Assembly: GCA_048128005.1 (NCBI GenBank)
Contig: JBEUKZ010000115.1
Location: forward strand, 310,001 to 374,000
Origin: Veleropilina oligotropha
Lineage: Eukaryota
Direction: 5' to 3'
Length of the DNA stretch: 64,000 nt
Positions 23,342 through 36,420 of the stretch are shown in pieces. The translations under genes were made by a program, and so were the position numbers. Every line of letters starts with the position of its first letter. Positions within the stretch are counted from its first letter, which is position 1. The notes beneath the pieces were generated by a model. It was not told the origin of the DNA. It made no database searches and saw only the letters and a program-made list of their open reading frames with translations.

Positions 23342-26300
23342 TTAATTAAATTTAATGTCAGCTGGTTTATTGCTGCATATGTTTTTCATACTCATAGCAT
23401 TGATGTAAAATCCTGTTTCCTTTCAAGGCATTTTTTAAACGATGTATCACCAAGGGGTGTGTGACATGGAAACTGAGGGTGTTGGTCCTGGAGTTCGCTG
23501 ACGGTTCGATCCTAATCTCTGGGGTTAGCTCGTTTGGTACTTCTGGTGATCCGAATAACTGCACACTTGTTATGAAGCGATATGAAGTTTATTTACATTT
23601 AATATAATAATTACAATATGATTCAATATGGAGAAGCTGCTCAAACTGTGAGTCGGCGAAAGATGTGCTCTTATGGGTGCTCAGGTTATAGGCATAGGGT
23701 TTGTTTCGACCCTGCACAGCTTCATGACTCACCGTTGAGAGCCCTCCTCCAATTGTTACCAATCTCTTCCTCAACTACCTGTTTATATCAATTCGTAATA
23801 ACTTACTCTTATTTTTACTAGTCTACATCCATGTTTGTATGGCAACCTTACATGGTAACATATTATACATGTCTGAACAATTGCCTGTTCTGCTGCTGAC
23901 ATCACAATAGTACATTTACAATACAAGATACAATTATCCTTAATTACTGAAGCTTATTAGGAGCACTGATCAGTTATTATATATGAGTCTAAACTGGATA
24001 CTACATGCTTGGATAAATAATAGAAACAATTAATTAACCATTCAAATCACATTGTCATAGATGACAGCTGCTTTAAATAAAAGCACAAACACCAGTAAAA
24101 AATAGCAACAATAACATTCATAACATCCTTAATTAACTGTGAATAATTTTCTTTTATTGGCCAACGCCAGTTGTTCGTCAGATGATAAAACTTGAATGAC
24201 GCTTGCACCGATTGCCCGTGGCGTCCACTTTGATGCCTCACCTAGATGAGGTGGTCAGCAGCCTGTGGCCGTAACCTGGCATCCACCTCCCACTGATGAT
24301 ATACTGGTCCATAGCCTGCGGCCATACTCCATGGGTCGTTGACCGTGTCCTGCGGCCATACTACATGGGTCGTTGACCGTGTCAATTCCATCATCAGGCG
24401 ATGCACTCTAGTTCCTCCGATATACTTCATGATGAGTGTCAGTCAGCTGTGCCATGAATCATTGATGATGCGATTTACAGTTCCATTGTTTTGTTATAGT
24501 TATCAATAAACAACATCACTATAATGTAGCTACAATATGTACCAGTCATGTTGATAGACCAATGACATGACAGTAGTTGATATGAGCTATGTTCGATATA
24601 CATATTCACCATGGAAGGCGAATATCACTTCATTGTGGATAAATCATTATACTGAGACAACAATTTATTGTTATGTGACTTCAACTATTCCTACCCCACT
24701 TGCATGCTTACTAAAATACAATAGAATAAGCAGGCCATATCAGTATGTTTATCATGAACATATCAAATAATGTCTAATTTATCCAAAGGAAGCAGAACAA
24801 GTTAACGGATTCATTATATTGACCTGCAAGTCAATATATTCTTTATATTGACTTGTCAAGCTCGAAACATAATGTCATAACCAATTCAAAGTGATCAACT
24901 TTTGACCATTAGGACTGACGAAGCACATAATCATATAGCAATACACTGTAACAGGTTATCGTGCTACTGGAGGGGCAAACGAAACGCACAGACTTAGCTA
25001 CTCAACTGGACTAGTTTCATCAGCATTCCCGTGACCAAACATGTTCATGTACATGCAAAGCCAAAATGTGTCACAGATAATGAACCCTTTGAATGTTATC
25101 TAGATAAATATTTCTGTGTATTGCACTTTAGTGACCAGTGGTATGCAATGTCAGGACGCGAACATTTCGACGAGGACGATGACTCGGTGATGCTAATCCG
25201 ATACGCACTCAGGATGGATAAACATGAGGATCGATCAATGGCACGTACGCCATGATGATGATGACTGTATCGATAATCATCGGACGCTCTGATCGGCTGA
25301 TGTAATCGTACTAAATGGCCGCCGTTCATGTTGCGATTGAGAGCTGCATGCGATAATGCACTTGTTATCTCCTCATTCAGAAACAATAACATGACCATTG
25401 TCCTTTGACCTTGGATCGTTGCAACGTGATAAGGAGAATTTCATTCATAAAGACGGCTGATGTCATTTAGGGAAACATTCGATTCTGTACGAGGACGGAC
25501 GAACTGCGTGACCTCTTGTTACATCATAATATGATACATGGTACGGATGGATGTTGGTAGCTTCCAGAATGTTCTCTGTAGGAACCCACACAATATAATA
25601 GCATTGTTAGTTCAGATGACCTAAGTTAGAAACAAGAAAAATAATTTGCATGTTGTATGTAGTCTTAAAGCTGGAAAATCAAATGCAGAGCTCCACCAAA
25701 TTTCACATAATGTCTTTATAAAAAGTGGAAATGACGGCTGAATTGAGAATAATTAAAAGTAATATTCAGCCAAGTTGAATTATTCTAACGGGTCGTATTA
25801 GGTTATAATATATATATATTTCTTGAAAAAAACACCTAAAAATACTTTTGTCTTTCACGACTGTCCGCAAGGTGACCTGGCGAAAAAACCAATTACTCAC
25901 TAGACTAGCCATATTCTCAGGTCAAAGGTCAAATTTGACGTCACAGTTAAACGAGCTGCTCAGATTGTATTCAGTTCGTCATTTACGTTACCGGTACACA
26001 CCATGAACAATGATGATGTCTAACCACGTCATCATTAATAAACTCTCGGATGGGTTCGATAATTACAGAGACGGTCGACATAAATGTATAAGAATTAAAG
26101 ATACACAGTGGCGTGCATGATAACAGCATAAATAAATACATGATATCTTTATCAACATTCACAGGGAGCCTAAAATTGGTTCACAAATCCTTTGAACGAT
26201 GCCATCTCCTGTTTGTGGTGGGCTCCCTCCCATCAGTGTCTTGAGACACCTGTGGACATGAATCAACGTTTGCTTCTCCAACCATGTCAGTGCAGTCTGT

Positions 26301-27988
26301 CACCTTTCTGTCTTGAATCATAAACGTACCTGCTCCAGGTGTGAGGTAATGAAAGATGACACAAGACGCATCCTCACACGAAGTAGGTGTGTTCTCGTTA
26401 GTTTTCTTACCTTGAAGAGCTCAAAGGAAGTTCAGACGAAACTATCATTATTTTTAGAATGAATTATGGGGCTTTCACGAACTAAAGAATTTTATCTAAT
26501 TCTTGTACGTGTTATATATCTTTTAAAACTAAAGTTTCTCATTCTCAAGTTTAGGTGTGTTCTACATCAATCATGAAGCGCTTAAAATGCATTATCATGC
26601 CAACGTCACAAAAACAATATCCTCCTCGACAATAAATTAAGTGTAGTGTGAAATATTTGTTTAACCACCTTTGATTTTCTTTTAAAGCATTTACAAGTAT
26701 TGTAATCTACCTGAGTACGAGCACACTAAGTGCGGTCATATATAAGTACGAGTACTGTACCACACTCTGACTGACTGACATCATTAACATTCAGTAGTTC
26801 AATGGACATATGCCTCGTAGATATACCTCCAGTACGAGTCTTAGGCATTACACCTAGCATGTGATCAATTGGTTTCGTGTTTTGACAACCATATCAGCAA
26901 CCAGTGTAAGCCATGTATTATTACAAATGGAAAAATACTGAATAGCCTTTCAATTCTATATGAACTATCCAATGTTGATAATTTTTTGAATGACTAGGTA
27001 CTTTTCCATTTCAGTTTGATAGTTGAAATAAATTGTCACTGAACCATTTTAGACGCATGTAGAGCATGGACCGTCCTCTGTATTGTATATGCACCGAAGT
27101 TGTACCTTGAATGACCTATGACATGCAAATGTTTGGAGGTAAACACTTATGGACCGCAGGGGTTTCAATAAGAAAACCAATAAGAGGGTATTTATGTCTG
27201 ACAGGCGGGTAATTTTTTGCCAATACATTATTTGCTACTATGAAAAACATTGTAACCTGAGAATGTCAGCAGGGTGCCTGTTAATGACACCGCTGGGACG
27301 TGTTGACAGATTATTATAGCATATAATTCTCAGTTAATCCTGAACTTTATGGTGAAATTACACCATATTCTGAAGTATGTTTTGATTGAAATGGTGAAGC
27401 GATAGCTAATGTTGTATTATTTTAATGCAATATGAATGTCTCATAGGTAACTTATAAATACTGTTTAAGTTTTAAAAATACAATTGACTGTACTTGTAAA
27501 ATATGCATTATTTCAGCCAATTAGTGCAATTTTTAAGTTTATTTAATTTAAAGTTATAAATGACAATTATGTCAATAAATATCAATTTCTGTAACCATTT
27601 CAAGTCATGGAAATTCCATGTAAATATCTCCAATTTCTGTTATGTTACCACTGTTTATTATGTCTGCGAAGTGTCAACCATTATCACAGAACATTTAGTC
27701 ATATTTGCAAGATGGTCTGTCCCTAGATGACATTGCCTCATGTTCATTTGTACACATTGATATGACCTCCGTTGCAATGTTCAGTGTTATTGTCCTTCAT
27801 CGTTTCCTAGCATTGACTGCAACTTGCTGATTTCCTCATTAGTAAGGTCAACAAGCTCTCCATAATTCCTTTGATGTGCATGGCAATTCTAAAATGGAAT
27901 GTTCCTACTTCAAAAGTACATTCCTTAAACAAATTGCAATGTGGATTGATTTATCCTCTATTTACAAACAAAACTGATTGTTGTGCAG

Positions 27989-28079
27989 TGGTTTGTCCCC
28001 GCGGTTGTTGTTACGGTAACTATGGCATTGTCACAACAATGTCTGCCGCAAATGCTTTACCTAGAGACCCCTAACCCAG
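27989..28079 (+). CDS. Candidate exon, possibly an alternative N-terminus (MALSQQCLPQMLYLETPNP)
   Basis: TGTGCAG acceptor, open frame, ACTATGG Kozak context at 28022 and strong donor CAG|GTATGT. No recognisable homology. Confidence 0.35.
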
Positions 28080-28216
28080 GTATGTATGGCCTACGTTGAG
28101 ACACCGCCCATTCTCACGAGAACTAGCTCATACTTGAATGAACGACAACCGCGTTAGTCTGCATGATATTCTTCCTCATTCAGAGTCGAATCACAATGAT
28201 AAACAAAGTCGTCTTA

Positions 28217-28480
28217 CTCTGATGACGAATGAGGATATACCCCAGTGACCCAACCACTACATGAATGCGCTCTGATGACGAGCGAGGATATACCCCAGTG
28301 ACCCAACCACTACATGAATGCGCTCTGATGACGAGCGAGGATATACCCCAGTGACCCAACCACTACATGAATGCGCTCTGATGACGAGCGAGGATATACC
28401 CCAGTGACCCAACCACTACATGAATGCGCTCTGATGACGAGCGAGGATATATCCCAGTGACCCAACCACTACATGAATGC
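28217..28480. repeat. 54-bp minisatellite, ~5 copies
   Basis: Unit CTCTGATGACGAGCGAGGATATACCCCAGTGACCCAACCACTACATGAATGCG-like. Confidence 0.95.
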
Positions 28481-28699
28481 GGACAGCATGTCGTCTTCAT
28501 ACTATTTCTAGATATGCATGAATGTGCGTGCGTCATTAATAAATCCTTGGATGCAATGTGCCAGTTAATATGTTTCTGCGCATGATTGAGTTTATTGAAT
28601 ACGATAATATGACTGGAAGTGAAATGGCAGACTATGAAAGTGTTTTAATTAAATATTTGCAATGCATTGTTAATTTAAGGTATATACAGAATTACTCAG

Positions 28700-29090
28700 T
28701 CAGTCCATAACTAGCAGAAACAGAGTGGGTTATTCCATTCATTACGCAACCACGATAGACACACACAGTCCATAAGCAGCCGGGACAGGGTGGGTTATTC
28801 CATTCATTACCCAACCACGATAGACACACACAGTCCATAAGCAGCCGGGACAGGGTGGGTTATTCCATTCATTACCCAACCACGATAGACACACACAGTC
28901 CATAAGCAGCCGGACAGGGTGGGTTATTCCATTCATTACCCAACCACGATAGACACACAGTCCATAACTAGCAGAAACAGAGTGGGTTATTCCATTCATT
29001 ACCCAACCACGATAGACACACACAGTCCATAATCAGCCACGCCAGGGTGGCTTATTCCATTCAATACCCAGTGACGATAGACAGTCCATA
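28700..29090. repeat. ~60-bp minisatellite, ~6 copies
   Basis: Repeated CAGTCCATAAGCAGCCGGGACAGGGTGGGTTATTCCATTCATTACCCAACCACGATAGACACA. Confidence 0.9.
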
Positions 29091-30624
29091 AACAGCTGGG
29101 TTTCTCCAGAATCTACCCTATCAGAGAAGACAGTCATTAATTGACCAGGCTGGATATGGTGGGTTATCCAGCCTCAGCAGGGTGGGTTTAACCAGGTATT
29201 ATATGACATTGTTATAGGCTTTCTTCCATGTTAAATAGGTTGATCAATATGACCTCTGCTATTTTTCCGGACATCATGCGTCAACAGTAACCAAGGACAC
29301 TGTCAGTGTGATTTTTTTTCTTAAATATATTTCTGAGAACTGCCAACAATTTTTTTGTTTTTCAAACAGCCTTAATGAACAATAAGTCTTGCAGTAAGTC
29401 AAACGGCAATCTTCTCTCTTTTTGAGTAATTTCGCAAGGATTCTGTCTTTGGATAACATACCAAAACATGTTTACCTTAGGGTATTTTAAAGTTTGATGA
29501 TAAGACCCAAAATAGAGCCTTCTTTTCAACACCTCCCAGGAGTTGCCCAAAATAGTTCTTTTGAGATATTTATGAGCTTTGCTACAAGGATCCACCCTAT
29601 ACTGTGTGTGTACTCTTCGATAGGTTATTACATTTTGGCATACCGGTGTACATAATATTATATTATTATTGCCTGACATGTTTTGATGTTGACATGAGCA
29701 GAAGATATATGACCAGGCAGCTATGGTTTCATTCATAAATATGCATTGAAAGTGTGCTCAGCTCTGCTGCGAATGTATATACATTCCTTTCAATTTTGTC
29801 TTTCAGTGTGTATCTATAACTAGCAATAAATTGGGCAACACAATGCATCTAGTTTTCTGTTAACCTTCAAAGCATTCCTGAGCTCTCTGGTCAATGGCTA
29901 TTATGGCCGCAATACAATAACTGACCAGTGCATCAACACGACTACTGAATATGAGTGAAAAATTGTCAAAATGTAGTAACACAAACACATCACACAGTAG
30001 ATTTAACAAGATTATTCAATGATTAAAGAAGTTTTAAAATGTAAGACAGTCCATAATGTATAAAATAGAAATGATATGTAACAGCCACGCAAATAATTTT
30101 TTCAAGGTAAAATTTTCTTTGGGAAGGTTGATGCTCGGTGTAATATATTTAACGTTATCCTGGGGCTGCATGAGACAGTCGAGTGTGATATTGTCATAGC
30201 GAACAGGACAAACGTACGTATCAAATGAGAAGCCTCAGGATAACATTTTTATTTTCATTTATTTAAAAAAATATCTAACTTTATATGCCTGTCAATGTTG
30301 AACAATGACTAAGCAATGAATAACGTTATGTTAAATTCCAACTTACGGGTTATTCTTGTGCAAAATAACCTGGATATTTGAGGAAGAGTTTATTAGTCGT
30401 ACACATTCATGTATATGATTGAATCTCAAAGAACTACTTGAAAACACTTGATTATCTCCTGCAGAAGCAAATGACGTCTAGCAGACGACGTGTAGTTTGG
30501 TATGAAAACGTGGAGTTTGAGATGCGTATTTGTCAAACTCCATTTTGACCAATGAGACGTCGCAGATTTCGCGAAATGAAAATAAAGAATTGTTTGTTAT
30601 CATGATCATACTAATGTGTCCTCT

Positions 30625-30985
30625 ACAACAGTAGTGTGGTTTCGGTTGTGGACTCTAACAGTAGTGGGTTCGAATATCGGTTGAGATATTATGTTATTTG
30701 TTCAAGTTACGAGTAACAGTTGTCCGTAACTGGTCCGAGAGGGCTGGTTTCCCCGAGCTTTCCTCCCGCGATAATACGGACATGTCCTGCTTTGAACCTA
30801 ATGATGGCTGGAAATATACAGGACATTAAGGTTGGAAATATACAGGACATTAAGGTTGGAAATATACAGGACATTAAGGTTGGAAATATACAGGACATTA
30901 AGGTTGGAAATATACAGGACATTAAGGTTGGAAATATACAGGACAAATGATGGTTGGAAATATACAGGACATTAAGCATCGATCC
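30625..30985 (+). mobile_element. tRNA-derived SINE with an internally amplified 24-bp unit
   Basis: A-box-like GTAGTGTGGTT and B-box GGTTCGAAT (~30667); body shared with 5587-5760, 32300-32433 and 42190-42340; (GGTTGGAAATATACAGGACATTAA)x~7. Confidence 0.7.
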
Positions 30986-33900
30986 TTTCCTTCCTCTTTC
31001 GTACTAACGTAATCTCTCTAAAGGTTCCATCTCGTCATCGTCAGTCTGTAGTCAGATGATACGGCACATCGACGGAGTCAGTAAACCTGGATTTTTCGAA
31101 AAACTTGTTGATACCCAAATTATTAATAAGAAAGATCTGGCAGCAGTGATAGACAAAAGGCTTCATCCATCCAACCTTAAATTTCATAATGAATTGACAG
31201 ATGTCGGAAACTTAGCGTGGTGAATATTTGACTGAGAACAAAGTTGAAATCCTAAAAATTTAATAACAGACCAATGTCTTTGGTTGGACTTTCAAGACCG
31301 TCTACAATGGTCATTGAAGTCAGGTATAGCTAGTCAAAAATAATTTAAATTACGCTTTCGATGAACAAACAAATCAAAGTGTACATAAACTTTCGGTGAA
31401 ATTACGAACACCTGATGCAGCATTAATAAGTATGTTGAAATAATAAACGACACTGTCCTAATAACCGCGACCCGGAATGCGCGTTGTACCCTTGAAATGC
31501 CGATCTATGACAAAGAGGTTTTTGTATGTCACTTTCAAGGTTGGTCATGTGATTCTTCGATTGTGTCTCGGCTTCAGGCTATGGTGGGTTGTTCTGCTGG
31601 ACTTCTAGTATGAACTGCTTACTCATGCTGCACAGGGAGCTCAACACAGAGTGCCTCGCATACCAGAGAAATGCTGCACTGTTTTATTATAACAAAAGAA
31701 ATTTTATGAGTACTGGATATTCAACTATCTCGGGTTACAGGAAGGAAAACAGCGATTTGACAGCTAATTTTAGATCATCGATTGTGGATAGGCTTTTTGT
31801 TCATTGAACACTATATTTGTGTTTTATTGATTGAACAGGTGAAAAAATGAAAAAGCTAAATGAATGGATTATTATTTTATTTTTAACTAAATAGTTTAAT
31901 GACTTTTAATACTATGCTCAAATCATTTAATTCAATCAGCTTAGTTTTTACGACCACATTGATAAAACATTTCAATCGTATCTGTAGTCTGGATTACCGG
32001 CTCAACGTCTCATCCGACAGACGGATACTGTGTGCAATGCAGATGACAAATTCTAGGGAATCGAACTCTGATATCTACCCACTAAGCTATGGCCCCATTG
32101 GTCTGTGACTTTTATATCAATCTTTTACTAATTCTAGTGTTGAAGAAGCTAACATCCTGCGTCTCATTTGTACCAGTGTAGTGCTGACTATGAAGTGAAT
32201 GATTAATTGTAGACATGTCTCTTATTCAGTCAAGCATGCTTTGGCTCCAGCTGCCCCCCCCCCCCCCCCCCCGTACTCGGACTTCACTCCTCTGAAAACA
32301 GAAGTGGGTTCAAATCCTTGGCTGTAACAGTCACAGTTGTCCTTAACTTGTCGACCAAGCTTTCCTTTTGTGATATTATGGGCATGTCCTCGTATGAACC
32401 TGAAGTTTGCAAAAATGGACAAAGCATCGATCCAAAATCTAAAAGATTGTTGCCCTTGATACGTTATTTCGCATGCATCTATTGTTCAAGATAAATGTGG
32501 GCTCCAGAATGTGGTGCTTTAGCTTTTGAACATTGAAAGAAATGTGTTCCTGAAAGCCGATGCAATGGACAACAATGTTTCCGATGGGGAGGGAGGAATG
32601 ATCATCATGGAAAACATGTTTCGTGACACTTGCATAGGTAAAATTTTCATTGAATATAGTACTATCGTGTCAATGCTTCATTTCACAGACAGATTTATAA
32701 TTAATAATAATCGCATGAACAAGATACACTATGAAATCTTTTCTGATATTCCACTGGAGTCTTCGTAAAGATACGCAAATGTGTTGCTTTCATTGCTTGT
32801 GCCAATATAATTTGTCCTTTTGCGGAGCAAAATTGCAAATATATCCAATGCCAATAGTTGCATGGGACTGTCGTTCATATTATAAAAATTTCGTGAATGA
32901 CTAGTAGTAATTAAATTTGCATGATCGACGACTTCATCCTTGTCACAGGCTATCTTCCCACGATAATATGGAGTCGCATGTCCCAAACTAATCATTGGCA
33001 ATAAAAAAACCATTTGAAAATGCATTTACATCGGCAAATGTAAATTTTGAACGAAATGACAAATTTATGAAGATTTAAAAGCATATTAGATATCTGATTA
33101 AACTACCCGAATCAAATCAATACAAATACTGCAAATTAATTTCAATATTTCGGTTTATTTTAAATAATGATTATTTACAACAGTGCATTGCACCAACAAA
33201 ACATTCAAACCCAGATATCATAAATAACATATATTGCATTGGACGTGCATTGTATGCAATGAGCTACAGGCAGGAGAGAATGCTCACATATTCAAAGCCA
33301 TGATACACAGAGAATGGTTGCTAGGAGATACAATGACGACAGCGGCTCAGCAGCCAATAGAATGACTGGATTATCCCGCCTACAAGCACACAATAATATT
33401 GATTTTAAATGTGATCCTAAAAATAGATGGCCCAGACACGAGTTCTACGCATTTGTTGTAAAACCAATTACGGCATGCCTGGAATTGAAATCAAAATGTT
33501 TTAAGGATATACCGTTGTAATTGATACTACAGACATGAAAGTTCCAAAGTTAACTCTAGTAGAAAGTAGAATTAAAACCTGGAAAATTTCTAACGGTATT
33601 GGCAAGTGACCAAACAGTTGGAGAACTCGGTCACCAGCAACAAATGAATGTTATCGAAAGAACTAGTAATCATGTAAATCAGATATTACCAGGATGTTAA
33701 TTAAATGACGGATTTTTCATAGAACTTCGTATTAACCGGTTAGCTACGCGACATCGCCGCCTACACATTCGCCAGTTGATCAATGTCTTGTTGATAAACA
33801 AACAGCATAACAATTATTTCTAATGCCAATAAAAGGAAGATTTAAAATAAATGTGTTTAACATAAACAAGCTCGAAAAATTATCTTCATGAAACGAAACA

Positions 33901-34282
33901 TATGGTTGTAACGGCTAAATGCTATCTCCGTATCTGGTGAAACGGCCAGATTCAGCACTTGAACACAGGTGCCATAAATTAGGTACAAATACAGCACGAT
34001 ATAATAAACAACATGAGCTATGTACAATGCGATATCACTGGTTGAAGCATAATGCACACATAAACGAGCTGCCACGAGGCGAACCGTTTTTAACGGCGGT
34101 GAATGAGTTTCTTCGCGCGAAGTCCGTTTTCCAGTCACTGAACACATGTCCACTATGAGATCACATTCCTCAATGCTCGAACGATTTCATCGCTACCGGA
34201 TGGCGGGGAAATGTTCACTTGGTCCCATGTCGCTTTTGGGCGAGCCCTTTTGTCACACACAGTTTAAATGTTATAAGTTCTA

Positions 34283-34852
34283 CTAAGATCCAGTGCTGCC
34301 AGCATCACTATCCGGAATATACGAGTCCGAATCATCGTCCTCGTCCGGTCTTTCCTGAATCGGGTCTAAATTTGACATGGCCGATATCGTCCTTTGGCGT
34401 TTTCGTTTTACCGCCGTTTCGGGTACACTGGGTTTTCGTTTTGATTTAGGCTTCGCTTTCTTACTTAGAAATCGAATGATTGTGGCGATTAGTCCTTGTT
34501 TTTTGTCACCGTCCACACTGTCGTTTCCTTGAGACCCCAAACTGCACGAGGAAGAGTCCAGGCTAGACAAACTACCTTTTCGTGCATTAAAGTCTGGCAG
34601 TGAACTAGACACATTTGAGCGGGAAGCGGCGATGCTCGCGTCACATAAAACAGGTGAAGATCTCGTTCCATCAGATTTAATAATGTACGTATAGGTAAAT
34701 CCGTGTTTATCCCGTAAAGTAACTCGGTAAGCCTTTTTCTTCGACCTGTCGCCGTCTCGACACGACGACGACCGTCTAGAGGAGCCCGGTCGTCTCGTAT
34801 GCCTTCGATCCGACACATATGGCATATAGCCACGTGTAGCGTTAGGAAACAT
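34283..34852 (-). CDS. Uncharacterised 189-aa Ser/Arg/Lys-rich protein with an acidic C-terminus
   Basis: ATG-to-stop ORF in a locally GC/CpG-richer island, not repeat-derived; GCTATG context; TTCAG about 10 nt upstream; minus-strand AATAAA near 33155. Confidence 0.7.
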   Translation of the reverse strand: MFPNATRGYMPYVSDRRHTRRPGSSRRSSSCRDGDRSKKKAYRVTLRDKHGFTYTYIIKSDGTRSSPVLCDASIAASRSNVSSSLPDFNARKGSLSSLDSSSCSLGSQGNDSVDGDKKQGLIATIIRFLSKKAKPKSKRKPSVPETAVKRKRQRTISAMSNLDPIQERPDEDDDSDSYIPDSDAGSTGS

Positions 34853-35970
34853 AGCCGCCAGACTGAAGTCGGTTGTGAAACAATAGAGTTATAAATCCAC
34901 AAACGTGAGTACGGTATAGGTATTAACTGGTCCTTGATACAAATGATTTTGGCGTGAACTACAAGACAGCAACCTTTTACGATGTCTACACAAACGTTGG
35001 CAGGATTTCAATTCACGTCAATCTTCGTCATTGTGGCCGGGTACACCAGGATATATGAAAACAAAAATTGAGCGCTAAATTTCATGAAAGAAGAAATAAC
35101 CTTATGTAGAAATGGAATAAAATAAAATGTTGATGCTTCCTATGTAATATTTTATTTTTAAAATGTGTTAATGTACATATTCGTTTAAAACATTGTCCAT
35201 TACAATCCTGTACACCCCACAGAAGATACCATAATAGACTCACCGATCATGAATAATTAATTAGTTGGCAGCAAGCCAGATTTTGAAGCCGCTTCCCAGT
35301 AGTTTTCCATTAACAGGTCACATGCCCTTGTTGGGACATTCATGTGCTTTTGTGGGCGAGTTCATTTCATTGTTTTGGTTTCCAGCAGCATATTGATAAA
35401 TGTAAATATTGAAGAATTTATGAATAAATATCAAATGTACATCCATATTGTGAATCTTATATATTTTGTATTCATACAGTTTGTTCAACTGTGCATAATT
35501 ACTATCATTTTAGACAACATAGCCAACATAAATAATATCATGTTAAGCCTGTCGTACCCATGAATTTGTGACGTGTAATTTTGTGAATGACAAGCCTGTC
35601 TGCGCGCCAATATTTTTGCTCCAATCACAAGCACGCAGAGCCACCGTCAATGTTTCGTTGTCATGGGTACCGGCTCGAGAAAATCGTTTAATAAAAGCGC
35701 CAAAACATGGACCAAAGCAATGTAGAATAAAATACTTGAGAAGTGGATATGAAATCATTTATAATAACTACTTGCGTAAAAACTTATTAAATTTATTATC
35801 TTATTATTAAAATGTGGATTTTGTGTAAAATATATTTATTATCTTATAATTAAAATGTGGATTTTGTGTAAAATATATATTAAAACCTAAATTATAATTA
35901 AATTTAATGCACTAAAGGTACACATAATTTATGGTCCTATTGATAACAATTTATGAACAAGAATTGCTAA

Positions 35971-36420
35971 TTATGCCCCTGGCTCGCCTTGAGTCTGCCA
36001 GGGGGCATTATTATGCTTTTGGTGTGTCTGTCTTTTTCGATGTTAATCATGAGCGACCTTCTTCAAACTTAATATGCTATTAGATATAAGTATGAACTAT
36101 CATGAGTTCGAATATTGAATGAAAATATTTATTTTTTACGTTTTTGAACATAGTCTCTGGACCTTCATTTCTGATCTCATGTAACGTGTTATAAGAAACT
36201 CGCCTAACTTTTTTGATGTTAATCAATAGCCATTTTCTTCAAACTTCATAATATATAAGTATGAACTATCATGAGTTCGAATGTTGAATGGAAATATTTA
36301 TTTTTTACTACATTTTTTACGTTTCTGAACATGTCTCTGGCGCATAATTTCTGATCTCGTGCTATAAGAAACTCACCTAACTTTTTTATGTTAATGAATA
36401 GCCATCTTCTTCAAATTTCA
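35971..36420 (+). mobile_element. HINE family B, partial
   Basis: ATGCCCCTGG..CCAGGGGGCAT 5' hairpin and tandem internal units shared with 61100-61959. Confidence 0.7.

Larger units (their letters stand above)
18398..23546 (+). other. Predicted long-range rod-like RNA structure, domain B
   Basis: 18463-18480/23490-23507 (18 bp, one G-U) plus colinear helices 18436-18443/23512-23519, 20789-20798/22210-22219, 20862-20875/22123-22137, 21003-21010/21883-21890, 21170-21179/21564-21573 and 21184-21193/21516-21525. Confidence 0.75.

Noticed and set aside
18424..23564. Shared peptide EPSANSR in opposite-strand ORFs
   Set aside because: It is a by-product of the 18-nt inverted complementarity, not protein homology.
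28217..28480. Tandem hammerhead ribozymes (CTGATGA in each unit)
   Set aside because: No GAAA core segment or stem II geometry in the unit.
30140..30590. Old DNA-element-like fragment
   Set aside because: I could not define termini or a TSD.
31460..31500. Promoter-like CCGGAA/GCGCG motifs
   Set aside because: Too short to support without TSS data.
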